A model generated the notes under the pieces. It saw only the letters and a program-made list of their open reading frames with translations, was not told the DNA's origin and did no database searches. The position numbers and the translations under genes were made by a program. From the IMG/VR virus record IMGVR_UViG_3300011871_000002, positions 64,001 to 128,000 of that record: 64,000 bases of DNA. One strand, 5' to 3'. How positions within the stretch are numbered: the stretch's first letter is position 1; the number at the start of each line of letters is the position of its first letter. Source of the DNA: a virus (lineage: Duplodnaviria > Caudoviricetes). This document shows, one piece after another, positions 1-10,192 of the stretch.

Positions 1-2
1 CT

Positions 3-962
3 TTGGTGCGTGGTAACCGCCACATCTTGGCCTACAACTTGGAATTGGATAGCAGTAGCGGGGTGGTGGAATTTAGCCTGACGCATCTGGCCAACCGGGG
101 CGGTTCGATCACCAACCGGGTCATGCAAATCCCGATGGGCGAACTCGACGTGTTCATGAACCGTCGCTCTTTGGTTGAAGGGGTGGACTACTACGTCAAC
201 TTCCCCCAGATCGTGATCGTCAATAAGGCATACCTGAACGACAACGGCAAGCAGCAGATCACGGTCCGCTTTACGGGGCTGTGTAAGTCCGATCTGTCCA
301 GGGAAGCATTTAACGAAAGGGGCTTTATCGACCACGGCTTGCTTTCGGCCAACGATCGCTTTGATATCCGCGACGACAAGGTGCAGCGCATCGTGGTGGG
401 TGGTGCACTGTATGACCGGCGTGAACTGCTTTTTGCTGAAGAAGATGCTGCGGTCCGGGTACCGGATGCCCGTAATGGCCTTCCTTACCTCATCCGCGAT
501 CTGGTGGTACCGGTGCGCGGTCTGGCAGCGGACGACACGTACGAGCTGCGTGCCAAGTCGCTCGTGATCGACAAGAAGGTGAGCGACTACCTGACGGAAA
601 AACTGCCGCAGCAACCGTTCACCAACCCCAACGCGATCGTCGACCTGTACCCGGTGGTCAGTCCATTCTGTGCCAAACTGCTGTTCGATCTGAAGAACGG
701 TTTCTTGGTCGACCCGCGCATCAAGAGCTTCTATGCGGATGCAGATGTGTATGAAATCTGTAAACCGTATGAGTATCTGCTCGCGTTTGACCCCACTCAG
801 GATGCATTGCGCCCTGATCCAAAGTATGTCGCCATCCATCCGCACCACTTGAAAACGGTGGTGGAAGTGGATCTGTACTGCTATAAATTCCTCGCCCGTG
901 CGGTGAAGCTGTATCTGAAAGACCGAGTGAACTTGTCGCACTTCCTCGTGCTTTCGGCTTAA
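3..962 (+). CDS. Virion structural protein, 5'-truncated (phiKZ gp27-like by position)
   Basis: ORF open from the window edge; lies two genes upstream of the terminase, as in phiKZ-like phages. Confidence 0.55.
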   Translation: MVRGNRHILAYNLELDSSSGVVEFSLTHLANRGGSITNRVMQIPMGELDVFMNRRSLVEGVDYYVNFPQIVIVNKAYLNDNGKQQITVRFTGLCKSDLSREAFNERGFIDHGLLSANDRFDIRDDKVQRIVVGGALYDRRELLFAEEDAAVRVPDARNGLPYLIRDLVVPVRGLAADDTYELRAKSLVIDKKVSDYLTEKLPQQPFTNPNAIVDLYPVVSPFCAKLLFDLKNGFLVDPRIKSFYADADVYEICKPYEYLLAFDPTQDALRPDPKYVAIHPHHLKTVVEVDLYCYKFLARAVKLYLKDRVNLSHFLVLSA

Positions 963-974
963 TGGAGAAAGAGT

Positions 975-2654
975 ATGTCTGAAATTGCGCTTCAAGGCGT
1001 AGCAGGTAGTGTGGACAATATCCCGCCTGTCTACGACCCCAACCGTGGTTTTCGTCTCTGGGCACTGTTTGAAATCTTTGATGGCTTGATCGGTGAAAAC
1101 CGGTTTGTCCCGAACGTCAAAGACCGCGTGCTCGATACGGACACCGAAACCATGTACCGGGTCACCGCCATCAACCCGACCACCTATGTCCCGACCTTGG
1201 TGAAAGCCACCGCAACGGTCTACGACGGGGTGCTCCCGGAAGAAGATGTGTTACTGGGCGTGGGGCCAGGTCCCCAGAACAACACCTACCGTGCCTACCT
1301 CAACACCAAGGTGATGCCTTTCCACATGGAAGTCGACCATCGCTGCTTCGTCTGGGGTAGCCGGGCGAAATACATGCGTCTGTTCCGGGGCAGTGTGCTC
1401 AATTCGTCGAGCAAGGTCATCAGTGCTGTGTACGACTCGGCCGGAAACTACCTCGGCCAAGATGTGCCGTTGGAACTGGCCCAGATCGAAGGCAACAAAA
1501 CGCGCATGAACGTCACGTCGTTCAAGTGCACCGAAAAGGTGCCGGATGGCGAAGTGGTGTATGCGGTATTCTACTCGTCGGGTAACGAGGTACTGTCCAA
1601 ACAGCAGCTATTGGTAGAAAACACGGATGTGATTGCGCGTCCGAATAGCGGCGTGAAGTACGTCACCGACATCTATCTCGACACGCCATTCCTGTCCGAC
1701 GCTGACAGCGCCCTGATCCAGTATCCGATTAACGTGCTGATGCAGGGCCTGAATCTGATGGGTGTGGTCAAGTACAGCGATGGCGAAACCCGTCGCTTGC
1801 CGATCGACGGCACCAAATTCGAACTCTTCGGCCTGGAGGATTATCTCCTGACGGTGGTGGGCGAGGAAATCCCGGTGCTGCTCAACTACAACCTGTCGCC
1901 AGAAGAAATCGCCATCGGCCTGACCGTGGGAGAAAATCGCAACGTACCGAAGCATTACCGCGCGCAGTCGCTCACCGCCAACGGTTCGTACTCGGTGAAA
2001 CTGTTCGCCTACCCGGTTTGGCTGGGACCACAGGACGGCTACCGTCTGGAATGGTTCCTCGCCAATCTGGAGCGCACCAATATCTGGCGCGCTACGCCCT
2101 ACGTGCGAATGAACGAAGGTGGCCCGACCTTCAGCCCACGCGCTTACGGTACCAACCAACGCCTCGTGGTATCGGTGGACCTGCAAGCGGTGAACGCGTC
2201 GTTCAACAAGTACAAGCACGTCGAGACGATCGACGTCACCTTGCTGCGGCCCGGTACCGAGCACGAAACCAACTGGCAGATCGGCTTTGAACCAAGCCAG
2301 AATCCGCCGTATGGTGTGCAGAACTATGCCTCCTCGACTTTCGTTGACACCAACAACTGGAAGATCAAGGTGGACATGGGTGCTGCAACGCTCGACGACT
2401 GGCTGGCGCGGCTGTACTTCCGCACCATTCCGTTGTACGACCCGCAAAAGGAAGCGGCGCCACCGCTGCCAACGCACTTCGCGTTCGTCTTCACCAACCG
2501 CTCGATCGAATTCCCGATCGCCGAGTGGAAAATGCAGCACACCATCAGCGAAGCCGTCCCCAATGGCGGCACGCTGTTTGTGCGCTTCTTCAAGCGAACG
2601 CCTGACAACGACATCCAGCTGAGTATCGCTGGTGTGCCGATCTACCAAACGTAA
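975..2654 (+). CDS. Virion structural protein (phiKZ gp26-like by position)
   Basis: 559 aa, beta-rich, GGAG RBS; directly upstream of the terminase. Confidence 0.55.
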   Translation: MSEIALQGVAGSVDNIPPVYDPNRGFRLWALFEIFDGLIGENRFVPNVKDRVLDTDTETMYRVTAINPTTYVPTLVKATATVYDGVLPEEDVLLGVGPGPQNNTYRAYLNTKVMPFHMEVDHRCFVWGSRAKYMRLFRGSVLNSSSKVISAVYDSAGNYLGQDVPLELAQIEGNKTRMNVTSFKCTEKVPDGEVVYAVFYSSGNEVLSKQQLLVENTDVIARPNSGVKYVTDIYLDTPFLSDADSALIQYPINVLMQGLNLMGVVKYSDGETRRLPIDGTKFELFGLEDYLLTVVGEEIPVLLNYNLSPEEIAIGLTVGENRNVPKHYRAQSLTANGSYSVKLFAYPVWLGPQDGYRLEWFLANLERTNIWRATPYVRMNEGGPTFSPRAYGTNQRLVVSVDLQAVNASFNKYKHVETIDVTLLRPGTEHETNWQIGFEPSQNPPYGVQNYASSTFVDTNNWKIKVDMGAATLDDWLARLYFRTIPLYDPQKEAAPPLPTHFAFVFTNRSIEFPIAEWKMQHTISEAVPNGGTLFVRFFKRTPDNDIQLSIAGVPIYQT

Positions 2655-2722
2655 GCATCACCGCCACCACTCGCCCGCTACCATAGGGACGAGTGGTGGC
2701 GGCTTTTACCTTGGAGGAGAAC

Positions 2723-4972
2723 ATGATTCTCTTTAAGAAAGACTGGCTTAAATATCCGACCGCACAGGCGGACTGGGATACGCGCAACCAAAGCTTTGTG
2801 CGCATGGCGCTACTCCTGCACTCGATGGGTGTGGAAAACTGCGTCTTCATGCTCGCTCTCATCAATCCGCGTCTCAAGGGAGTCGACCCCCATAGCAAGA
2901 ATTTGACGGTTGAGCAAATGACCGACATCGGTGTCGAGTGCAAACTCAATCCCTGGTACTTCTTCCGCGAAGTCGCCTTAGCGCCGGGTAACGGTAGCAA
3001 CGAGGGCGTCATGGTGGAAGCGAACCGCGGCAACATTTGCCTGTGGTGGTGTTTCTTCAACCACATCACGATCTTCCTGATCCAGATTCGTCAGACCGGT
3101 AAATCCTTTTCCACTGACGTCTTGATGGTGCTCCTGATGGAATTCATCTGCGAGAAGACCACCATCAACCTGTTGACCAAGGACGATACGCTGCGCCGTT
3201 CGAACATTGAGCGCATGAAGTCGATCATCGCCGACTTGCCAAAGTACCTGCAACACAAGCACCCGGACGACGCCAATAACACGGAAGAAATTACCGTGAT
3301 GTCGCACGGTAACCGTTACAAGACGCACGTGCCGCAGTCTTCACCTAAGCGCGCCATTAACATGGGTCGCGGTCTGACCTCGCCGATCTTCCAGATTGAC
3401 GAAGCCCCGTTCCAGCCAAACATCGAAATTGCATTGCCAGCAGCACTGGCAGCAACGGGTGCAGCAGTGGACCGCGCCAAAGCACAAGGTTCGCCTTACG
3501 GCACCATCTTCACCACAACGGCTGGTAAAAAGGACGACAAAGACGGCGCCTACATGTACCGCTTAATTTCCAATGCCGCGGTGTGGTCGGAAGCTTTCTA
3601 CGACTGTGTCGACCAAGCGGACTTGGAAAAGACCGTGCTGTCAGCCTGCCGTGTGGAGGGCAAGGTCAAGAAGGCGGCGATCAATGCTACTTTCAACCAC
3701 CGCCAGTTGGGTAAAACCGACGAGTGGCTGGCGGGCAAACTGGCTGACTCGTTTGCCACAGGTGAAGACGCGAACCGAGACTACTTCAACATGTGGACCT
3801 CGGGTAGCCAAACGTCGCCACTGCCGATTTATGTCCTCGAAGCCATGGCACGCTCAGTCAAGGATGTGGCCTACACTGAGATTACCAAGCCATACAACTA
3901 CATCACGCGCTGGTACATCCCGAAAGACCAGATTGCACAGCGCATGGCGAGCGGCAAGTTTGTCATGGGTATGGATACCAGTGAAGCAATTGGCCGAGAT
4001 GAAATCTCGCTTGTGCTGATGGATGTGGAGACGCTGGAAGTGATCGCGGCTGGTTCGTACAACGAACTGAACCTGATTACTTTCTCCGAGTGGCTCTGTA
4101 CGTTCATGATTCGGTTTGAAAACGTGACCGGCATCATTGAGCGTAAATCCACGGGCGGCATGATTCTGGACTACCTGATCCTGAAATTGGCATCGGCCGG
4201 CATCGACCCCTTCAAGCGACTCTTTAACTGGGTAGTCAACGATAACGCCTTGCATAAGGACCGTTATCGGGAAGTCGCCTGCACGCCGATGCATCGGCGC
4301 CAGCACGGTTGGATGGATCTGTACAAACGCCTGTTTGGCTTTGCTACATCGGGTAGCGGCGCCACTAGCCGTAATGAACTCTACTCGACTACGCTGCAAA
4401 ATGCGGCACAGTTGGGAATGAACTGCATGAACGATAAACCACTCGTGGACCAGACCGCGGGTCTTATCACAAAGAATGGTCGCGTGGACCACCCGCCGGG
4501 CGAGCACGACGACATGACCATCGGTTGGCTGCTGTGCAACTGGATGCTGTCGCAGGGTACGAACTTGGTGCACTACGGTATCGATCCTGGTCGCATCATG
4601 TGCAAGGTTTCCCGTGGCGGGAAACAGAAATCCCAAGAAGAACAGTGGATTGAAGAAGAGCAGGCAGCTTACCGCCAGCGCATGGATGTGCTGATGGAGC
4701 GCCTGAAGAATGAACCGGACGAGTACGTTTCGCAAAAGCTCGAACAAGAACTGCGTATGATCGACTCGCGCTTGGTCCGCGAGATCGGTGAAACGTTCAG
4801 CTTGGAACAACTGTTGCAAAACGTCAAGGACGCGAAGTGGAATAAGCGGCGTCAGAACAAGACTGACCCCTACGGCCACCTGCGTCATTTCACGGGTAAC
4901 CATTCGTACAGTAATAACGAGCACGGGTTCATATCGAGTGAGCCAGCATACCGCTCAAGCCGCTATTTTTGA
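2723..4972 (+). CDS. terL: Terminase large subunit
   Basis: Walker A IRQTGKS, Walker B FQIDEA, nuclease acidic motifs MGMDTS and HDD; GGAGGAG RBS before ATG 2723. Confidence 0.9.
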   Translation: MILFKKDWLKYPTAQADWDTRNQSFVRMALLLHSMGVENCVFMLALINPRLKGVDPHSKNLTVEQMTDIGVECKLNPWYFFREVALAPGNGSNEGVMVEANRGNICLWWCFFNHITIFLIQIRQTGKSFSTDVLMVLLMEFICEKTTINLLTKDDTLRRSNIERMKSIIADLPKYLQHKHPDDANNTEEITVMSHGNRYKTHVPQSSPKRAINMGRGLTSPIFQIDEAPFQPNIEIALPAALAATGAAVDRAKAQGSPYGTIFTTTAGKKDDKDGAYMYRLISNAAVWSEAFYDCVDQADLEKTVLSACRVEGKVKKAAINATFNHRQLGKTDEWLAGKLADSFATGEDANRDYFNMWTSGSQTSPLPIYVLEAMARSVKDVAYTEITKPYNYITRWYIPKDQIAQRMASGKFVMGMDTSEAIGRDEISLVLMDVETLEVIAAGSYNELNLITFSEWLCTFMIRFENVTGIIERKSTGGMILDYLILKLASAGIDPFKRLFNWVVNDNALHKDRYREVACTPMHRRQHGWMDLYKRLFGFATSGSGATSRNELYSTTLQNAAQLGMNCMNDKPLVDQTAGLITKNGRVDHPPGEHDDMTIGWLLCNWMLSQGTNLVHYGIDPGRIMCKVSRGGKQKSQEEQWIEEEQAAYRQRMDVLMERLKNEPDEYVSQKLEQELRMIDSRLVREIGETFSLEQLLQNVKDAKWNKRRQNKTDPYGHLRHFTGNHSYSNNEHGFISSEPAYRSSRYF

Positions 4973-4977
4973 GTAGT

Positions 4978-5027
4978 CGGAAATAAACCCTCCTCCCGGC
5001 TTTACGCTAGGAGGAGGGTTTATGCCG
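4978..5027. terminator. Bidirectional hairpin with TTTATGCCG motif
   Basis: ATAAACCCTCCTCC...GGAGGAGGGTTTAT inverted repeat between convergent genes. Confidence 0.75.
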
Positions 5028-5041
5028 CTAAACTTACTGGA

Positions 5042-5431
5042 TCAAGATGTAGGCAACCGGGCAATCACCAAATCGAGATAAGCCGATACCGCTGACATGC
5101 GCTGCAAGTTATCGTCCACAAACGACGGTAACTGGGCAGGTATATCGGCTTCGATCTGGCATGCTTGGATTACACTACCAGGCGCACCTGCACTTGCTCT
5201 GCTAAAGACACGGTAGAGGACGAACGTACGGTTAGGTACAAACCATCGTCGGTACACGCGGCAGTATTGCTTGCGCTGGCAATAAATGTGGATTTCATAA
5301 TCAGCAAACGAATGCCCGACCAAGTGACTCATGTGTTTCTGGTCGGTCTTGGTCAGGGTAAAGGTTTGCTCCCCTTTGATTCTCTCCAGAAGCAGGACAA
5401 GCGCGGATACCAACTTTGCGATGATAGCCAT
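5042..5431 (-). CDS. Hypothetical protein
   Basis: ORF with GGAG RBS before ATG 5431 (MAIIAK...). Confidence 0.55.
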   Translation of the reverse strand: MAIIAKLVSALVLLLERIKGEQTFTLTKTDQKHMSHLVGHSFADYEIHIYCQRKQYCRVYRRWFVPNRTFVLYRVFSRASAGAPGSVIQACQIEADIPAQLPSFVDDNLQRMSAVSAYLDLVIARLPTS

Positions 5432-5462
5432 AACTGTACTCCAGAGAGCCGAATGCAAGAAG

Positions 5463-6698
5463 TTAAGCGTGCGTCTTGTAGTAGCGCATCGTGAAGGACC
5501 GAAGCACGACGTACAGGAGCACCCCGGTGCGAATACTGGCAATCACGTTGTCATTGCGATTTTTGGTAGCGCGCCCCACGATGCGCTCGGCTGTTTCACG
5601 CAAGTAGAACAATTCCGGGTCCGTCGAGCGGGAGGAGGTGTACACGCCTCGCAGCCTGCTAAGTAACTCTGCCAGATCCGTGTTCTTGTTTACGAGTTCG
5701 CGGTTATCAGCGAGGTACGCAAAACTATGGATCAGGGTTTTGTCTAGGAGCAACTCGATGTCCTGCGACTGGCGATGTCGGTAGTTATCCGACATGTACT
5801 CCAGCGTCTTGCGAAAGAGTGCCTCAGGCATCGTCGCCATGGCGGACATAACGACATTGACCAATTCTTCACGAATGAACGAGTTACGATCCGTGATGAT
5901 CGAGTGGATGTAACGCGTATAAGCCGTAAGGTTCTTGGTCTTGTCACGTAAGATCTCGGCGCCATCGTGTTCGACCACCGAACTGGTCGACAAAATACGG
6001 CTACCTTGTTTGTGCACGATCATGAATTCGGCGTAAATATTCTTCATGATGTCACGGATGCGCCCCTGGATATCGTTGAGCACATACTGGCAATCCTCGT
6101 CGTTTTCCATCTTCTTGATGGTATCAAAGTGGATGCCATCCTTCTTGATGATTTCTTCCGCACGGCCACGGAACAAATCAAACCAATTCTTGTACTGCTT
6201 GATCAAGAATCGACCCGACAGTGACGCATAAGTCGCTTCTGCGACACTCTCGTCAGCCTGGTAGGCAAAGTAGTGGCCGAGCAAACTCGTAAAGAGCTTG
6301 TACTGCAAAGCAAGCATTGCATCGACCATGGCGGCGTGTTTTTGTTGCTCACTGATGTATTTGCTGTGCATAATCGCATGGGCGAGCCACAGCGCCGACA
6401 GGTTCATGGTATCGCTACCGACGATGCGGTTGGTATAGTCAATGACTTCCAATTTCGATAATCGACTGGTAAGCGGACCTTCTTCGACTTTCATGACTTC
6501 TTCGAACCACCGGCTACGGTCGCCCGAAGTAAAACGCACCACTTGAACACCTAGGAGATGTCCACCAAAGAACTGGATGTGGTCGCGGTTCTTGTTGACA
6601 AACGAGACTTGGTACAGATGCAGCGCTTTCACAAAGTGCGCATCGATCTTCAACGACGCACATTCTTCGTCAAAGATACTTTTGATGGAATCAGGCAT
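5463..6698 (-). CDS. Conserved phiKZ-like protein, probably virion-associated (gp32-like)
   Basis: 411 aa ORF; resemblance recalled, not searched. Confidence 0.5.
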   Translation of the reverse strand: MPDSIKSIFDEECASLKIDAHFVKALHLYQVSFVNKNRDHIQFFGGHLLGVQVVRFTSGDRSRWFEEVMKVEEGPLTSRLSKLEVIDYTNRIVGSDTMNLSALWLAHAIMHSKYISEQQKHAAMVDAMLALQYKLFTSLLGHYFAYQADESVAEATYASLSGRFLIKQYKNWFDLFRGRAEEIIKKDGIHFDTIKKMENDEDCQYVLNDIQGRIRDIMKNIYAEFMIVHKQGSRILSTSSVVEHDGAEILRDKTKNLTAYTRYIHSIITDRNSFIREELVNVVMSAMATMPEALFRKTLEYMSDNYRHRQSQDIELLLDKTLIHSFAYLADNRELVNKNTDLAELLSRLRGVYTSSRSTDPELFYLRETAERIVGRATKNRNDNVIASIRTGVLLYVVLRSFTMRYYKTHA

Positions 6699-6723
6699 AG
6701 GCGGCTCTCAGAAAGAGTAGGGT

Positions 6724-6734
6724 ACACAAGATTA
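6724..6734 (-). promoter_or_regulatory. TAATCTTGTGT motif, putative middle/late promoter
   Basis: Identical 11-mer also at 21331 and 54862, each just upstream of a start codon. Confidence 0.5.
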
Positions 6735-6798
6735 ACGCGTTTCGTGCATTCGTTGCAACGTGCGGCATAAAGGCCAGCGCGTACGCGCTGGCACCTTA

Positions 6799-7296
6799 TT
6801 AGCCGAAATGCGCTTTGGCAAACGCTTCCAGGCTCGGGTACACCTGGATGCCAAACACCTTGGCAAACGACTCCATCGCCGAGACAGCTTCGACGCTGGC
6901 TTCGCTTTGCTGAGTGTCGGGCTCTTCTTTGATGATGAGCACGTATTCGTCGCGGTGTTCGGATGGCAGGGCGGCCACGTCTTGCGTCATTTGGATCACG
7001 TCTTCTTCGGTGGCTTCGGTTTGCGATACCCCGAACACTTGCAGGACGCTTTGGTTGGACGAGACTTCGCCACCAGTGAGCATCAAAGCGACGCGCTTGA
7101 GGGTTTCCTCTTCGAGCTGCTGGCTTTCGGTAGCGAGCTGACCTTCTTCGGTAGCTTCCGGGTCTTTCTTGGCGTACTCGTGCTGGAGCATCTCGGTGAA
7201 TGCTTGGCCGAGGGGGCCAGTCAGTTTGATGGGGCGCGCTTCAGTTTCGGCTTCTTCGAGCGCGCGGCGCAGATGCGTGGTAAGACGTTGGGTCAT
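6799..7296 (-). CDS. Acidic hypothetical protein, possible head protein
   Basis: 165 aa; several A-x-E motifs (ALE, ATE, AME) like phiKZ prohead-protease sites. Confidence 0.5.
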   Translation of the reverse strand: MTQRLTTHLRRALEEAETEARPIKLTGPLGQAFTEMLQHEYAKKDPEATEEGQLATESQQLEEETLKRVALMLTGGEVSSNQSVLQVFGVSQTEATEEDVIQMTQDVAALPSEHRDEYVLIIKEEPDTQQSEASVEAVSAMESFAKVFGIQVYPSLEAFAKAHFG

Positions 7297-7993
7297 GGCG
7301 TGTCCTTAGTAAGAGACGAAAAAGGGCTGTCACATAATGAGTGGCTCTGCCTACAAAGACATTAAAAGAGACAAGATGCATTTAAACGCGTTCTAAGCGT
7401 TTATAATGGAGGTTGGTAGATTGTGTCGTCCACCTTCTCAGTATGGCCACAGAAGGCTCCTGATGAGCTGCTAGGGGTATTCGCGCGGCCGCCGCGAGCC
7501 GCCCGGCCCGGCCCGCGCGCCTATCAATATCACTTTTTTTTCACTAAATTGTATCAGGTAGTCTTTCAACAAAAACATGTAATGTGTTTCCAACTTCGTT
7601 TGCTGTTTTCCTCGTATGTTGGGTGTTCTGTTGCGAAGCAAACAACTACCTAAAGGGATTTTTCTCCTAGAAAAAATCCCGTTTAAAATATTTTTATACT
7701 TGAGTTTACCTACCTTATGTGTAGACTTGTAGTTCCCAATTTTTCATGTTGAAAAATCGTCTACTCATAAATAAAGAACCGTGGCGATGGCTTGCGTTGG
7801 GGGTGGGGGGCCTTTATTATAGAGTAGGAGGCTCCAGAGGGCCTCCTACTCTCTATATTTTACGAGTGAAATTTTGGGGGGAGGGAATCCCTTTTTTATT
7901 CCGAAATTGTAGAGTTGCCGAAGTGACATCTTACACAAGGTGAAAACTTACTGAAGGAAGGGATGGTGTAGACATTTAACTTGGGGACCCATC
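7297..7993. other. Long divergent intergenic region with palindromes and AT-rich tracts
   Basis: No convincing ORF; near-pure GC run 7482-7521; hairpins 7655-7680 and 7821-7852. Confidence 0.6.
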
Positions 7994-8608
7994 ATGGCAC
8001 TGATTGCACGCGATACATCGCTCGAACCAGCTCTTGGAAAGGGCGCACCACAAGACGGCACGATCTTTTTTGGCCCCAAGATCGAGATGCCGAAAGGTTT
8101 CGGTAGCCAATTCAACGATCAGTGGATCGCTCTAATGAAACAGGCCGCAGAAGAAGCCTTTGGTGCGACGAAAGACCAAGTCATGGGTTTTGACTTCGGT
8201 GACGATGGCCGTGTCACGGCAATGGCGGCTACGATCGTGAATGTGTCCGAGAGCCTTAAGCAGCGGGTGGAGGAATTCACCAAGAAAGTGGACGGAGCCG
8301 TCAAGGAGGCTACCGAGAAGTTTTTCAAGCGCGATCTTGTCGTGGTGCGGTTGGACTTTGTGGGTTACGGTGTGGGTAAGCGTTTCCAGCAACGTTCCTG
8401 CTCGATGCGGCATAAAAAGCGCCGCCGCAGCCGCGCACTGGAACGGGTCTACAAAGAACGCCGCTTCCGGGAGTTCAAGAATATCTGGCCAAAAAGTATC
8501 GAACCTAGCGGATCGCTCAACTTACCAGAAATGCTCAAGCAATACAGCGCCGGTAATGTCACGCTCAATTTTGCTTTCCAACCAGGATCTTCTCCACAGC
8601 CCAAATAA
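7994..8608 (+). CDS. Hypothetical early protein with Arg/Lys-rich patch
   Basis: 204 aa; GGGGA RBS; RHKKRRRSR motif. Confidence 0.7.
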   Translation: MALIARDTSLEPALGKGAPQDGTIFFGPKIEMPKGFGSQFNDQWIALMKQAAEEAFGATKDQVMGFDFGDDGRVTAMAATIVNVSESLKQRVEEFTKKVDGAVKEATEKFFKRDLVVVRLDFVGYGVGKRFQQRSCSMRHKKRRRSRALERVYKERRFREFKNIWPKSIEPSGSLNLPEMLKQYSAGNVTLNFAFQPGSSPQPK

Positions 8609-8609
8609 C

Positions 8610-8774
8610 ATGCCACTCAACCACAACATGGAAGCGCTCATCCGGCGCATGAAAGAGGAAGGTTTACTTCCCGACATGCCGCCATCGTCCAACCTGAAAG
8701 AACAATATGCGCTACCTGCTCGATCTCTCCATGAGACGCAGCGCGAAGTTTGTCTCTCGGTCGATAGTGTATAA
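8610..8774 (+). CDS. Small hypothetical protein (54 aa)
   Basis: ATG one base after the previous stop; followed by a hairpin. Confidence 0.5.
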   Translation: MPLNHNMEALIRRMKEEGLLPDMPPSSNLKEQYALPARSLHETQREVCLSVDSV

Positions 8775-8854
8775 AAGTGTCATGTTCGACCCTGAGTAGG
8801 GAATCACGGCAGAGGGCGACCCCCTCTGCCTTATGCCGTAAAACCTTGATTGAA

Positions 8855-8883
8855 GGAAATTATAACCACATATCACGCACTGG
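8855..8883 (+). promoter_or_regulatory. Phage early-promoter motif driving tnpB
   Basis: AAATTATAAC-CACATATCAC matches the motif repeated at 15055, 23547, 26229, 34618, 39501 and 46273. Confidence 0.75.
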
Positions 8884-10174
8884 ATAAACCACTAGGGAGG
8901 TCTTATGCAAGAGAATCAAGACCTTCAGCAAGGTCAGGTAAATATTCACAAAACTTTTTGCTATCGCCTTCAACCAACAAAAAAGCAAGAACAACAGTTG
9001 AAGCAGTTTGCTGGATGTTGTCGTTTTGTATATAATTGGGGTTTGGCACGTTGGCAAGAACGATACGCAGCTAATGAATCAACTAGCGTTTTTGCTATTA
9101 GCAATGAATTGGTTTTGTTGAAGAAAGAAACTGAATATGCTTGGCTAAATGAATGTTCAGCACAGGCACTGCAACAGTCATTAGCAAATCTTGGTTCAGC
9201 ATTCAAAGCGTTCTTTGAGAAACGTTCCTCTTATCCGGTTTTCAAAAAGAAAGGAAAAAGAGAAGCATTTCGTTTTATGCAATATTTCAAAGTTCTAGAC
9301 AGGCACCTACAGTTACCTTTACTGGGTTTTGTAAAGTATCGAAAAAATCGTCCTGTCGAAGGTACTGTAAAACATGTTACGATATCACTGTCTGGCGAGC
9401 ACTGGTACGCTAGTGTAACTTGTGAAGTCAGAGTTGAAAAGAAGTACAACAATCCAAGAACTATCGTAGGTGTTGATGTTGGCGTAAAGAACTTTGCGAC
9501 AACGTTTGATGGTAATGAATCAAAACACCATCATCATCTTTTAAGCTTGCAACAAGAAACAGATAAACTCAAGAAACTTCAGAGACAGTTTTGTCATAAA
9601 CAGAAAGGATCAAATAACCGTAACAAAGCTCGATTGAAGCTCAGTAAGCAACACCAACGCATTAAACACATTCGCCACGACACCATCCACAAACTCACTA
9701 CTGCATTATGCAAAAACCACGCAGCAGTAGCGGTTGAGGATTTGTGTATCAAACACATGACGAAAAGTGCACGCGGTACAAAAGAGTATCCTGGTAAAAG
9801 AGTAGCCCAAAAACGTGGTCTTAACCGATCCATCGCTCAGCAAGGTTGGGGTATTCTTTTTCGTCAACTACTTTACAAATGTAACTGGTACGGTTCGTTG
9901 TTTGTGTTAGTTTCAGCAAAAAATACCAGTCAGATGTGTCCTTGCTGTGATTTCATTGCAAAAGAAAATAGACCAACACAATCTGGTTTTAAATGCATAG
10001 ACTGTGAATATACACAACACGCCGATATCGTTGGTGCAATGAATATTCGCCGCCGCGGTATGTCGTGTTTTGGCTAGAGTCTTAAAGGGTCGGGCAGACC
10101 CGGTTCGCCTGTGAAGTGAGGGATGTAGTAGTGTCTCCAGCAGCAGGAATCTCGATTTTAGGGAATGTCATCAC
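8877..10174 (+). mobile_element. Non-autonomous IS200/IS605-type tnpB-only element (boundaries approximate)
   Basis: AT-rich relative to flanks; tnpB plus IS605-like right-end sequence; no tnpA; flanks rejoin into an intact promoter. Confidence 0.75.
8905..10077 (+). CDS. tnpB: TnpB RNA-guided endonuclease
   Basis: N-terminal YRLQPTKKQ...AGCCRFVYNWGL helix-turn-helix region; RuvC D/E/D in VGVDVG, VAVEDL, HADIVGAMNI; Zn finger CPCC...CIDC. Confidence 0.95.
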   Translation: MQENQDLQQGQVNIHKTFCYRLQPTKKQEQQLKQFAGCCRFVYNWGLARWQERYAANESTSVFAISNELVLLKKETEYAWLNECSAQALQQSLANLGSAFKAFFEKRSSYPVFKKKGKREAFRFMQYFKVLDRHLQLPLLGFVKYRKNRPVEGTVKHVTISLSGEHWYASVTCEVRVEKKYNNPRTIVGVDVGVKNFATTFDGNESKHHHHLLSLQQETDKLKKLQRQFCHKQKGSNNRNKARLKLSKQHQRIKHIRHDTIHKLTTALCKNHAAVAVEDLCIKHMTKSARGTKEYPGKRVAQKRGLNRSIAQQGWGILFRQLLYKCNWYGSLFVLVSAKNTSQMCPCCDFIAKENRPTQSGFKCIDCEYTQHADIVGAMNIRRRGMSCFG

Positions 10175-10192
10175 GCCACTGAGTAGAGTAAC
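10030..10192 (+). ncRNA. Putative omegaRNA (scaffold plus guide) of TnpB; 5' end uncertain
   Basis: GGGTCGGGCAGACCC hairpin, then CGCCTGTGAAG...GCAGGAATC...ATGTCA, resembling IS605-family right ends; guide is the following flank. Confidence 0.65.

Noticed and set aside
8846-8850. TTGAT as an ISDra2-type TAM marking the left boundary of the tnpB element
   Set aside because: Joining here does not rebuild a recognisable site, whereas joining at the TCAC restores a full promoter; not fully excluded
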